Positions 1-9,295 of a stretch of DNA of 64,000 bases are shown in pieces. The stretch is from Bacilli bacterium (lineage in GTDB: Bacteria > Bacillota_I > Bacilli_A > ML615J-28 > CAG-698), in the NCBI GenBank assembly GCA_050953045.1, contig JBMNLY010000002.1:596667-660666 (forward strand), given 5' to 3'. Below the pieces are notes generated by a model. The model worked only from the letters and a program-made list of their open reading frames with translations, made no database searches and was not told where the DNA came from. Positions within the stretch are counted from its first letter, which is position 1; each line of letters opens with the position of its first letter. The translations under genes were made by a program, and so were the position numbers.

Positions 1-1501
1 TTATGTCGGTTATGCGATGCCGAAATCAGCACAAATGAAGGATGCGGATATTCTAAAATATGATTTAAGCTTAAATATCGCGAGAACTTCTCATTATCCT
101 CAATCAAAACATTTTTTGAATCGTTGCGATGAAATTGGACTTTTAGTCTTTGAAGAAATTCCGGGCTGGCAACATATCGGCGGTCAAGAATTTAAAGAAA
201 ACACCTTAAAGAATGTAGAAGCAATGATTAAAAGAGATTTTAACCATCCTTCGATAATTATTTGGGGTGTTAGAATCAATGAATCTTTAGATGATCATGA
301 TTTGTATGTAAAAACGAATGAACTCGCAAGAAAACTTGATCCGACACGTCCTACCGGTGGAGTCAGATATCTACATAACAGCGAATTTTTAGAAGATGTT
401 TATACCTTTAATGATTTTATTCATTCGGGGGAGAATCAAGCATTAAGCGACCCTGATTTTGTTAAAAAAGGTGTTCCCTATTTGGTTACCGAATATAACG
501 GTCATATGTATCCCACCAAGAAATACGATACGGAAAGAATTCGTGTTGAACATGCCCTAAGGCATTATCGCGTTATCAATGCTGCGAGCATGTCTGACCG
601 TATTTCCGGAACCATCGGTTGGTGTATGAGTGATTATAACACTCATGATGACTTTGGAAGCGGCGATAATATTTGCTACCATGGCGTTCTTGACATGTTC
701 CGCCTTCCGAAATATGCTAGTTTTATTTATTCTGCTCAACAAAAAGATAAGCCGGTTTTGGAAGTCTTGTCAACATTAAATGTTGGTGATTATCCGATGA
801 GTTTACAAACAGAAATTCAGATTGCAACCAATCTTGATTATATTAAATTTTATAAAGATGAATATTGCATCGGTACTTTCTATCCTGAAAAGGACAGTAA
901 ACTTCCTTCGCCCTTAGTAACGATAAATGATTTTATAGGTGACTTACTGATTGAGAATGAGGGTTTAAGCAGAAAAGATGCGGAAAAAGTGAAAAGGATT
1001 TTTCGTTTAATTCCGAAATATACTACCGGGCTGCCTTTGCGTTATAAAATCATGATGTTTCTCATTATGAAAAAATATCGCATTAAGATGAGTGATGCCG
1101 TAAATCTTTATTATAAATACAATAATCCCAGCCCGAATTATCGTTTCGAAGGCTATTTAGACGGAAAGCTAGTAAAAACGGTAGTAAAAGAATATGTAAA
1201 GAAAACAAAATATCATATCGAAGCGGATAGTCGCGAGTTGGAAATTGATACTACTTATGATGTTACCAAGATAGTTGTATCCAAACATGACCAAAACGGG
1301 AATATTCTTCCCTATGCTTTTGATGCCTTTACAGTAAAAGTAGCAGGCGGTCTTGAAGTAATAGGTCCAAAAACGCTTGCATTAAGTGCGGGTGAAACCG
1401 CCTTTTGGGTTAAAACTACCGGTGTAAGTGACGCCGGAAGTGTTAGTGTTAGTTTTGATGAAGAGGAACTAACGATTGATTTTAAAATAAAGCGGAGGTA
1501 A
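1..1501 (+). CDS. Glycoside hydrolase family 2 (beta-galactosidase/beta-glucuronidase-like), C-terminal part. The N-terminus lies off the window.
   Basis: The ORF runs from the window edge with no upstream stop. It has the GH2 TIM-barrel motif NIARTSHYP...DEIGLLVFEEIPGW followed by a C-terminal beta-sandwich region. Frame is continuous from nt 2. Confidence 0.75.
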   Translation, partial: YVGYAMPKSAQMKDADILKYDLSLNIARTSHYPQSKHFLNRCDEIGLLVFEEIPGWQHIGGQEFKENTLKNVEAMIKRDFNHPSIIIWGVRINESLDDHDLYVKTNELARKLDPTRPTGGVRYLHNSEFLEDVYTFNDFIHSGENQALSDPDFVKKGVPYLVTEYNGHMYPTKKYDTERIRVEHALRHYRVINAASMSDRISGTIGWCMSDYNTHDDFGSGDNICYHGVLDMFRLPKYASFIYSAQQKDKPVLEVLSTLNVGDYPMSLQTEIQIATNLDYIKFYKDEYCIGTFYPEKDSKLPSPLVTINDFIGDLLIENEGLSRKDAEKVKRIFRLIPKYTTGLPLRYKIMMFLIMKKYRIKMSDAVNLYYKYNNPSPNYRFEGYLDGKLVKTVVKEYVKKTKYHIEADSRELEIDTTYDVTKIVVSKHDQNGNILPYAFDAFTVKVAGGLEVIGPKTLALSAGETAFWVKTTGVSDAGSVSVSFDEEELTIDFKIKRR

Positions 1502-1503
1502 TA

Positions 1504-3825
1504 ATGAGAATCGAAGACAAGGTTAAACTTTTATCCGGAAAAGATGTTTGGCATACTGCGGATATTGAAAGCGAAGGCATACCTTCGATTATGATGGCTG
1601 ATGGTCCTCATGGTTTAAGAAAACAGATTGACAGTCGCGATAACATCGGCATTCGCGGGACGTATCCGGCAACCCTTTATCCGGCTGCTACCACCGTTGC
1701 TTGTACCTTTAATAAAGATTTAGCTTACAAAATGGGAAAAATGATTGGTGCGGAAGCAAGAAGTATGGATGTGCAGGTTGTACTTGGTCCCGGAATCAAT
1801 ATTAAGAGGAATCCCCTTTGCGGAAGAAACTTTGAATATTATTCTGAAGATCCATATTTAGCGGGAACGCTGGGTTATCACTGGATTATCGGTCTTCAAA
1901 GTAATCATGTCGGAGCGAGTTTAAAACATTATGCAGCAAATTCACAAGAGACATTGAGGCTTTGGAGCGACTCGGTCATTGATGAAAGAGCCCTTCGGGA
2001 AATTTATCTGAAAAACTTTGAAATCGCAATCAAAGCTGAACCGAGCACGGTTATGTGCTGCTATAATAAAGTCAATGGTGTTTACGGAAGCGAAAATAAA
2101 TATTTGTTGACTGATATTTTAAGGGGCGAATGGGGCTATAAGGGGTTGGTTGTTTCTGACTGGGGAGCCGTCAGCAATCATGTAAAAGCGGTACTTGCCG
2201 GATGTGATTTAGAAATGCCTTCCTCCCATGGTTATGGCACGAAGAAAATATTTGAGAGTTTCAAAAAAGGTGAAATTACTGAAGCTGATCTTGATAAATC
2301 AGCAAACCGTGTTCTTGCATTAGTAAATAAATATAAAGATAACAAGACGCTTGCTTTCAACCGAGAGGAAGCAGAAAAAACCGCACGTGAACTGGCGACA
2401 GAAGGTATCGTGCTTTTGAAAAACGAAGATGTTTTGCCTTTAGAAGAAAAGGAAAGAATCGCGATTGTCGGAGAATTTGCGGAAAAGCCGCGGATTCAAG
2501 GCGGCGGTAGCTCGCATATCAATCCGATAAGAAAGGAAAGTTTACTTTCCGAAATCTCCGCTTATACAAAGAACTATCAATATTTTCAAGGTTATAATTT
2601 AGAGAATGATGCTTATAATGAAGAACTTGCGGAAGAAGTTTTGAAAAATATTAAAGGCTTTGATAAAGTGGTTTTTATGACGGGGTTGCCGGAATGGTCA
2701 GAAACTGAAGGCGAAGACAGGCGAGATTTGAAACTACCTGCAAGTCATTTGCGTTTAATCGATGAAATTCTTACCTTAAATCCTAATGTAATAATTACTT
2801 TATATATCGGTGCTCAAGTAGAAATGCCATTTGCGGATCGGGCGAAAGCAATTCTAAACTGCAATCTCTTGGGTGAAGCTTCAGGAAAACCGCTTCTTGA
2901 TATTCTTTATGGTATAGTTTCTCCTTCGGGAAGACTTGCAACTACGTTTCCACTCAGATTGGAAGATGATCCGAGCACAATAAACTTTGGAAACACAAAT
3001 AATGCTGTTTGGTATGTTGAAAGTATTTTTGTCGGCTATCGTTATTACACCACCTTTAATAAACCTGTTCTTTATCCTTTCGGTTACGGTTTAAGTTATT
3101 CAGAATTTGAATATCGTGATTTAGAAATTGATACTGAAGAGATTACCGAAAACGGGAATATTAAAGTTAGTTGCAAAGTAAAGAATGTCGGCAAGTATCC
3201 GGTTAAAGAAGTTGTCCAGTTATATGTAGAAAATTACAAAGAGACGCTCTATAAACCTTTACGGGAACTCCGCAGGTTTGAAAAGGTCTTTCTTAATGTC
3301 GGTGAGGAAAAAGAAATCGTCTTTACTCTTGCATATAACGACTTCAGCTATTATGACACTAACTTAAAAGAATTTTACGTCGATAAAGGTTTATATAAAA
3401 TTCAAATCTGTAAGAATGCGGAAGAAGTGATACTCGAGAAAACTGTTGAAAAGAAAACTGATAAGCAGGGGTATCAATGGCAAGGTAGAAAAGAGTATCA
3501 TCTTACTGATCAAGAGTTTGTGGAAGTTTATGCAAGGCCGCTTCCTCAACGCAACATCGTTCGCAAGCGTCCTTATACAATGGATGATAACGTGAACTTT
3601 CTTCAAAAAACATTAATCGGTAAGATTATGAAAAGGTTCATCAGAAAACATATTTTTAAATTAACTGAAGATCCGAAAGAAAGGAAAATTTTCTTGGAAC
3701 AAGCCTTGAGTGTTCCGCTTAGAACTTTGGCTTCGATGAGCGGAGGTCTTTTCTCTTTAGAAAAGATGGAAGGTATTGTTGATATTTTAAACTTTAGAAT
3801 AATTAGGGGGATTAAAAAATTATGA
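1504..3825 (+). CDS. Glycoside hydrolase family 3 beta-glucosidase (BglX-like) with a C-terminal FnIII-like domain.
   Basis: 773 aa. GH3 catalytic region GLVVSDWGAV and typical GH3 N- and C-domain layout. ATG lies 3 nt after the upstream stop (operon-like). Confidence 0.85.
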   Translation: MRIEDKVKLLSGKDVWHTADIESEGIPSIMMADGPHGLRKQIDSRDNIGIRGTYPATLYPAATTVACTFNKDLAYKMGKMIGAEARSMDVQVVLGPGINIKRNPLCGRNFEYYSEDPYLAGTLGYHWIIGLQSNHVGASLKHYAANSQETLRLWSDSVIDERALREIYLKNFEIAIKAEPSTVMCCYNKVNGVYGSENKYLLTDILRGEWGYKGLVVSDWGAVSNHVKAVLAGCDLEMPSSHGYGTKKIFESFKKGEITEADLDKSANRVLALVNKYKDNKTLAFNREEAEKTARELATEGIVLLKNEDVLPLEEKERIAIVGEFAEKPRIQGGGSSHINPIRKESLLSEISAYTKNYQYFQGYNLENDAYNEELAEEVLKNIKGFDKVVFMTGLPEWSETEGEDRRDLKLPASHLRLIDEILTLNPNVIITLYIGAQVEMPFADRAKAILNCNLLGEASGKPLLDILYGIVSPSGRLATTFPLRLEDDPSTINFGNTNNAVWYVESIFVGYRYYTTFNKPVLYPFGYGLSYSEFEYRDLEIDTEEITENGNIKVSCKVKNVGKYPVKEVVQLYVENYKETLYKPLRELRRFEKVFLNVGEEKEIVFTLAYNDFSYYDTNLKEFYVDKGLYKIQICKNAEEVILEKTVEKKTDKQGYQWQGRKEYHLTDQEFVEVYARPLPQRNIVRKRPYTMDDNVNFLQKTLIGKIMKRFIRKHIFKLTEDPKERKIFLEQALSVPLRTLASMSGGLFSLEKMEGIVDILNFRIIRGIKKL

Positions 3826-5456
3826 GATGGTATAAAGAAAGCATAGTTTACCAAATTTATCCGCGCAGTTTTAATGATTTCAATGGTGACGGAATCGGTG
3901 ATATTCGCGGAATCATTGAAAAACTTGATTATTTAAAAGGACTTGGAGTTAATACCGTTTGGTTATCACCAATTTATGATTCGCCTCTTGATGATATGGG
4001 TTATGACATCAGCAATTATTATGATATCCATAAGGATTATGGAACCCTTGATGATTTTAAAGAAATGCTTTCAAAAATGCATGAAAGAGGAATTAAGTTG
4101 ATTATGGATTTGGTTGTTAACCACACTTCTGATGAACATCCATGGTTTTTAGAAGCGAAAAAAAGCGTAGATAGCCCCTATCATGAATATTATATCTTCC
4201 GAAAAGGAAAAAACGGAAAGAAGCCAAACAACTGGAAATCATTTTTTGGCGGTAGTGCTTGGGAATATAATGAAGAAACCGATGAATATTTTCTTCATCT
4301 TTTCTCCAAAAGACAACCTGACCTGAACTGGGAAAATCCGAAGGTCCGGGAAGAAGTTAAAAACATTCTCAGGTTTTGGCTTGATTTAGGTGTCGATGGT
4401 TTCCGTTGTGATGTCATTAATCTCCTATCAAAAAAAGAAGGGTTACCGAATGCGAAGGGCCTTCCGATTTTAGGAGCGAGAGGCATCTACATCGACGGAC
4501 CGAAAATGCATGATTATTTACAGGAGTTGAAGCGGGATGTATTTTCGAAATATGATATGTTTACGGTCGGGGAATGCGTTTTAATCAACTCTAAAACAGC
4601 TTTGAGTTATATTGAAGAAGGCATTGATGAACTCAATATGGTTTTCCACTTTGAACACATGAATGCCGATTGTTTTTATACCAAGTGGCTGCCCCGAAAA
4701 TTTAAACTAAGACGCCTTAAAAAGCCTTTATCAAAATGGCAATATGATTTGGGGGATAAAGGCTGGAATTCATTATTTCTCGAAAATCACGATCAACCTC
4801 GTTCTATCGATCGGTTTGGTAGTCTCGAATATCGAAACGAAAGCGCAAAAATGCTTGCAACATACATCTTTTCACAAAAAGGGACTCCCTATATTTACCA
4901 AGGGGAAGAAATAGGTATGACAAACGCTCATTATACAACTATTGAGCAGTATAAAGATGTAGAAACGCTAAATATGTATAAAACTTTACGGCGGTTTTTC
5001 TCGGAAAAGAAAACGATGAAAATGGTTCAACGAGCCAGTCGCGATAATTCACGGACGCCGATGCAATGGAATCAGAATAAAAACGCCGGCTTCTCGGAAG
5101 GAGAGCCTTGGTTAGAAGTCAATCCAAATTATAAAGATATAAATGTTTCAGATAGTATAAAAGACGAAGATTCTATTTTGAATTATTATAAGAAATATAT
5201 TGCCTTAAGGAAGAAGCATCCAGTTTTTGTCTTCGGTGATTACCGCGAACATTATCCGAAGAGCAATAAGTTAGCTTATTATGAACGAAATTATCAAGGC
5301 AAGAAATTACTTGTTATTTGTAATTTCACTTCCAAAGAATTAAAGTTTAATCCAATTTATGATTTGTCGAAATACAAACTCATTTTAAATAATTATCAAG
5401 AAGATGAAAAACATTTGCTTCCTTATCAAGCAAAAATATATTTAGGTGAGTCTTAA
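3822..5456 (+). CDS. GH13 alpha-glucosidase / oligo-1,6-glucosidase family.
   Basis: 544 aa. N-terminus YQIYPRSFNDFNGDGIGDIRGI, VNHTSDEHPWF, GVDGFRCDVINL are classic GH13 subfamily (oligo-1,6-glucosidase / trehalose-6-P hydrolase) motifs. Start overlaps the previous stop by 4 nt. Confidence 0.85.
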   Translation: MRWYKESIVYQIYPRSFNDFNGDGIGDIRGIIEKLDYLKGLGVNTVWLSPIYDSPLDDMGYDISNYYDIHKDYGTLDDFKEMLSKMHERGIKLIMDLVVNHTSDEHPWFLEAKKSVDSPYHEYYIFRKGKNGKKPNNWKSFFGGSAWEYNEETDEYFLHLFSKRQPDLNWENPKVREEVKNILRFWLDLGVDGFRCDVINLLSKKEGLPNAKGLPILGARGIYIDGPKMHDYLQELKRDVFSKYDMFTVGECVLINSKTALSYIEEGIDELNMVFHFEHMNADCFYTKWLPRKFKLRRLKKPLSKWQYDLGDKGWNSLFLENHDQPRSIDRFGSLEYRNESAKMLATYIFSQKGTPYIYQGEEIGMTNAHYTTIEQYKDVETLNMYKTLRRFFSEKKTMKMVQRASRDNSRTPMQWNQNKNAGFSEGEPWLEVNPNYKDINVSDSIKDEDSILNYYKKYIALRKKHPVFVFGDYREHYPKSNKLAYYERNYQGKKLLVICNFTSKELKFNPIYDLSKYKLILNNYQEDEKHLLPYQAKIYLGES

Positions 5457-7777
5457 TGATTGAAGTTAGGGGTAATTTTTTTCATATCCAAACCAGAAAT
5501 ACATCCTATGTCTTCTCGAAAACTGCTTTTGGGCTTTTGCTTCACAATTATTATGGTCCCAAAGTTAATTTCCTTAACTTTGAAAACATAACTCAAAAAC
5601 TTGAAGGCGGTGCGGGAACTTCAATAGTGTATGAAGGCAATGAGAATTTACATATGGATTTGCTTGATTTGGAATATTCGACGGTCGGAATCGGTGATTT
5701 CCGAGAAGCGGCGATAACCTTATATCACAAGAATATCGGTCATTCCGGAAGTTTTAAATACCAAGATTACATAATTATTACTTCCGATAACTCACCTCTT
5801 CCTTCAAGTTACGGTGAAGAAGAAGTATTATGCGTTACTTTGTTTGATGAAGTAACGAAAATGAAACTTGAACTCTTTTATAAGGTTTTTCCAGAAACAG
5901 ATATTATCAGCCGTTATGCAAAACTGACCAACCTCAGTTTTGAAACTTATTCTTTGTTTAGATTCTATTCAACTCAAATCGACTTTTCAGAAACAGATTA
6001 TGTGATGATGACTTTTGAAGGTGCTTGGGCTAAAGAAAGACATCTTGTAGAAAAGGAACTTGTTTCTGGAATCTATATCAATGATTCCAAAACCGGCGGC
6101 AGTTCTAATAAAGCTAATCCACTCGTTATTCTTCGTAAAAAGAACACCGATCAAGATTACGGAGCTTGTTTTGGCTTTAATCTGGTTTACAGCGGAAATC
6201 ACAAAACAACAGTTGAAGTCACACCTCAACATAAACTTAGGTTTTTAATGGGAATCAATGACCATGCCTTTAATTTTTTGTTGCAACCTAATTCTGAATT
6301 TGTGACTCCGGAAGCTGTGATGACTTATACAAATAAAGGTTTAAACCAACTCTCGCAAAATTTTCATGATTTTGTAAACAATCATATTGTCCGCGGTAAA
6401 CACAAGAATCAAATCCGCCCAGTTCTTTTAAACAGTTGGGAAGGTAATTATTTCAATTTTGATGAAAAACGAATATTAAAACTTGCAAAAAAAGCCAAGG
6501 AAGTCGGTATCGAACTCTTTGTTCTTGATGACGGTTGGTTCGGAAAAAGAAATGATGATACTTCTTCGCTCGGCGATTGGGATGTAAATTATAAAAAACT
6601 CCCCCACGGACTTTCGGGACTTGCGAAAAAGATAAATAAACTCGGTCTTGATTTTGGACTTTGGGTTGAACCAGAAATGATTAATGAGGATAGCGAATTA
6701 TATAGGCTCCATCCGGATTGGGCGGTTCAACTTCCGGGAAGAAAACCGGGGATCGGCCGAAATCAATTGGTGCTTGATCTCACAAATAAAGAAGTTAGGG
6801 ATTTTCTGATTTCTAAACTTAAAGAAGTTTTTTCTTCTTGCAATGTTAAGTATGTAAAATGGGATTATAACCGAAACATTTCTGATATGTACGGGAAAAA
6901 ACTAGAAAATCAAGGTGAATTTTTCCACCTTTACATGCTTGGGTTTTATGAAATAATGGAAGAGTTAACGAAAACTTTCCCTGAGATTCTTTTTGAAGGT
7001 TGTGCTAGCGGGGGAAATCGTTTTGATTTAGGAATGCTCTGTTACTTCCCCCAAATCTGGACTAGCGATGATACTGATTATCTAGAAAGAATATATATTC
7101 AAACAGGAACGAGCTATGGTTACCCCCCTTCCGCAATCACAAATCATGTCAGCGCCGTCCCCAATCATCAAACCTTAAGGGTAACTCCCCTTTCTTCTCG
7201 CTTTAACCTTGCCTGTTTTGGAAACCTAGGTTATGAATTAAATCTTCTCGATTTAAATGCGGAAGAAATGCGTGAGATTAAAGCTCAGATTCGTTTCTAT
7301 AAAGCAAGAAGAGATATATTTCAATATGGAAGATTTTATCGCAGTAACAGGTCTATTTTCAATGATGAAAGCACCTATTTTTATCTGGTGAGTTCTGAAA
7401 AAGATAAGGCTTTGCTTGGCTTTTTCCAAGCTTTGGTTCACCCCGCTTTAAAGGAGGATAAAATTTATATTCAAGGTCTGAAGGAAGGAATCTATACTTT
7501 TCGAAACAAAGAAGAAAAACATAATCTAAAAAAATTTGGAGGTTTAATCAATTATGTATCACCGATTAGGATTAAATTAAACGGTAAGATTCATAATTTA
7601 ATTTCTCGAGTTTATAAATTAAAAAGCGAAATAGAAGTTTATACAGTAAATTCCGAAATGTTAAAATGGTCAGGAATAAGATTGAATTCGCAGTTTACGG
7701 GAACAGGCTTCGGAAACAAAGTTCGTGTTCTAGGTGATTTTGGGAGCCGAATCTATTTAATTGAAAAAAATAACTGA
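5456..7777 (+). CDS. GH36 alpha-galactosidase (AgaA/MelA-like).
   Basis: 773 aa. VLDDGWFGKRNDDTSSLGDW, KWDYNR and CASGGNRFD motifs are typical of GH36 alpha-galactosidases. ATG overlaps the upstream stop. Confidence 0.85.
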   Translation: MIEVRGNFFHIQTRNTSYVFSKTAFGLLLHNYYGPKVNFLNFENITQKLEGGAGTSIVYEGNENLHMDLLDLEYSTVGIGDFREAAITLYHKNIGHSGSFKYQDYIIITSDNSPLPSSYGEEEVLCVTLFDEVTKMKLELFYKVFPETDIISRYAKLTNLSFETYSLFRFYSTQIDFSETDYVMMTFEGAWAKERHLVEKELVSGIYINDSKTGGSSNKANPLVILRKKNTDQDYGACFGFNLVYSGNHKTTVEVTPQHKLRFLMGINDHAFNFLLQPNSEFVTPEAVMTYTNKGLNQLSQNFHDFVNNHIVRGKHKNQIRPVLLNSWEGNYFNFDEKRILKLAKKAKEVGIELFVLDDGWFGKRNDDTSSLGDWDVNYKKLPHGLSGLAKKINKLGLDFGLWVEPEMINEDSELYRLHPDWAVQLPGRKPGIGRNQLVLDLTNKEVRDFLISKLKEVFSSCNVKYVKWDYNRNISDMYGKKLENQGEFFHLYMLGFYEIMEELTKTFPEILFEGCASGGNRFDLGMLCYFPQIWTSDDTDYLERIYIQTGTSYGYPPSAITNHVSAVPNHQTLRVTPLSSRFNLACFGNLGYELNLLDLNAEEMREIKAQIRFYKARRDIFQYGRFYRSNRSIFNDESTYFYLVSSEKDKALLGFFQALVHPALKEDKIYIQGLKEGIYTFRNKEEKHNLKKFGGLINYVSPIRIKLNGKIHNLISRVYKLKSEIEVYTVNSEMLKWSGIRLNSQFTGTGFGNKVRVLGDFGSRIYLIEKNN

Positions 7778-7787
7778 AGAGTCTGAA

Positions 7788-7815
7788 TAAAAAAGCCGTG
7801 TCGAGAATGACACGG
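7788..7815. terminator. Bidirectional rho-independent terminator between the GH36 gene (+) and murE (-).
   Basis: aaaaaGCCGTGTCgagaatGACACGGtttttaaa: 7-8 bp GC-rich stem with a T-run on the plus strand and an A-run (T-run on minus) before it. Confidence 0.6.
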
Positions 7816-7818
7816 TTT

Positions 7819-9264
7819 TTAAATTTCTTTTACCGGATTATTTTCTTTTAACTCCGAAAGTATTTCCTCTACTACTTCAATATCGGAATAAGAATAGATA
7901 TTGCCGTTAATTTCAAAATAATCGTCGTTCCCTTTGCCGGCAATTAAGACCCCGTCCCCTTTTTTTGCACTGAGGATTGCTGTTTTTATGGCTTCTTTTC
8001 TATCGATTATTATTTGATAATTATCATTTTTTAGATCCTTAATTAAATCGAAAATAATATTTTCCGGTTTTTCAAAGCGCGGATCTTCGGATGTAAAAAA
8101 AACATAATCGGCAAGAGTTGTAGCAATTTTTCCAAGGAGCGGGCGCTTGCTCTTGTCTTTTCCTCCAGCGCTTCCTAAAACGAGCAATAATCTAGAATGC
8201 CTCTTTTTTAATAAATTTAGGACAGCTTCTAAGGCATTGGGGGTATGTGCAAAATCAACATAAACTTTAAATTCTTCCGTAGTTGAAAGTTCTTCTAATC
8301 TTCCTTCAATTTTTGGAATGGTTTCTAAAGCTTTATATATTGTTGTTTTCGGAATCTTATAATGGAGTGCCGTAATAATGGCTGCCACAACATTATAGAC
8401 ATTGTAAATGCCGAATAAGTTTATTCTTAGATCCTTCCAAGTTTCTTCTGGAGTTTTTAGGTCAAAAACAGTATACTTTTTTCTTTCACGAATATTATAG
8501 GCTTGATAATCAGAATTTTCATTTAGTCCGTAAGTTAGAAGATTTTTGGCTTTAAAATGTTTTCCATAGGGCGAGTCAATATTTGTGATTCCTAAGCCTT
8601 TCTTCTCTAATTTTGAAAAGAGCATTTGTTTAGCTTTTAAATAATTTTCTATGGTTCCATGCGTATCCAAGTGTTCATGGCCAAGATTCGTAAAAACCGC
8701 GACTTCAAATCCAATTCCTTCAAGTCTTTTGTTAACCAAGCCTTGACTGGAAACTTCCATAACCAGATGACGAATGTTTTTATCAGCAAGAAACCTAAGG
8801 GTTCTTACCAATAAACATAAAGGAAGAGTTGTATACTTTGTTTTTTCAAAATAACCTAAATGCCTAATACCGTTGGTTCCGATATAACAGGAATTATATT
8901 TTTGGGTCAGGAGATGTTCAATAATAGATGCGGTCGTAGTTTTTCCGTCCGTGCCTGTGACTCCGATGATGCAAAGTTCATAATGCGGGTAATCATAGAA
9001 GCGAAAAAGCAGTTCCGGAAAGATTTTTTCAATATCTTTTGAGATTATTACCGGTATGGAAAGATCATGTTCTTTTTCAGAAAGGATGGTTTTGGCACCG
9101 AGTCTGATTGCTTCTTCTAGATAAGCACTTCCCGAATCTTTGCTTCCCTTCCGAACCACAAAAAGGTCACCCGCTTGTAAATACCTTGTATCATCGGAAA
9201 TTCCTGTAATTTTTAGATTATGAATTTCTTGTAATAATCTTTTGATATGCATCCGTTTCACCAT
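7819..9264 (-). CDS. murE: UDP-N-acetylmuramoyl-L-alanyl-D-glutamate--2,6-diaminopimelate (or L-lysine) ligase MurE.
   Basis: 481 aa. Mur-ligase P-loop GVTGTDGKTTTA and MurE-type N- and C-domains. Whether the added residue is DAP or Lys cannot be decided by eye. Confidence 0.8.
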   Translation of the reverse strand: MVKRMHIKRLLQEIHNLKITGISDDTRYLQAGDLFVVRKGSKDSGSAYLEEAIRLGAKTILSEKEHDLSIPVIISKDIEKIFPELLFRFYDYPHYELCIIGVTGTDGKTTTASIIEHLLTQKYNSCYIGTNGIRHLGYFEKTKYTTLPLCLLVRTLRFLADKNIRHLVMEVSSQGLVNKRLEGIGFEVAVFTNLGHEHLDTHGTIENYLKAKQMLFSKLEKKGLGITNIDSPYGKHFKAKNLLTYGLNENSDYQAYNIRERKKYTVFDLKTPEETWKDLRINLFGIYNVYNVVAAIITALHYKIPKTTIYKALETIPKIEGRLEELSTTEEFKVYVDFAHTPNALEAVLNLLKKRHSRLLLVLGSAGGKDKSKRPLLGKIATTLADYVFFTSEDPRFEKPENIIFDLIKDLKNDNYQIIIDRKEAIKTAILSAKKGDGVLIAGKGNDDYFEINGNIYSYSDIEVVEEILSELKENNPVKEI

Positions 9265-9295
9265 AATATATGATATGTAAGAAGGGAAAAGATTA

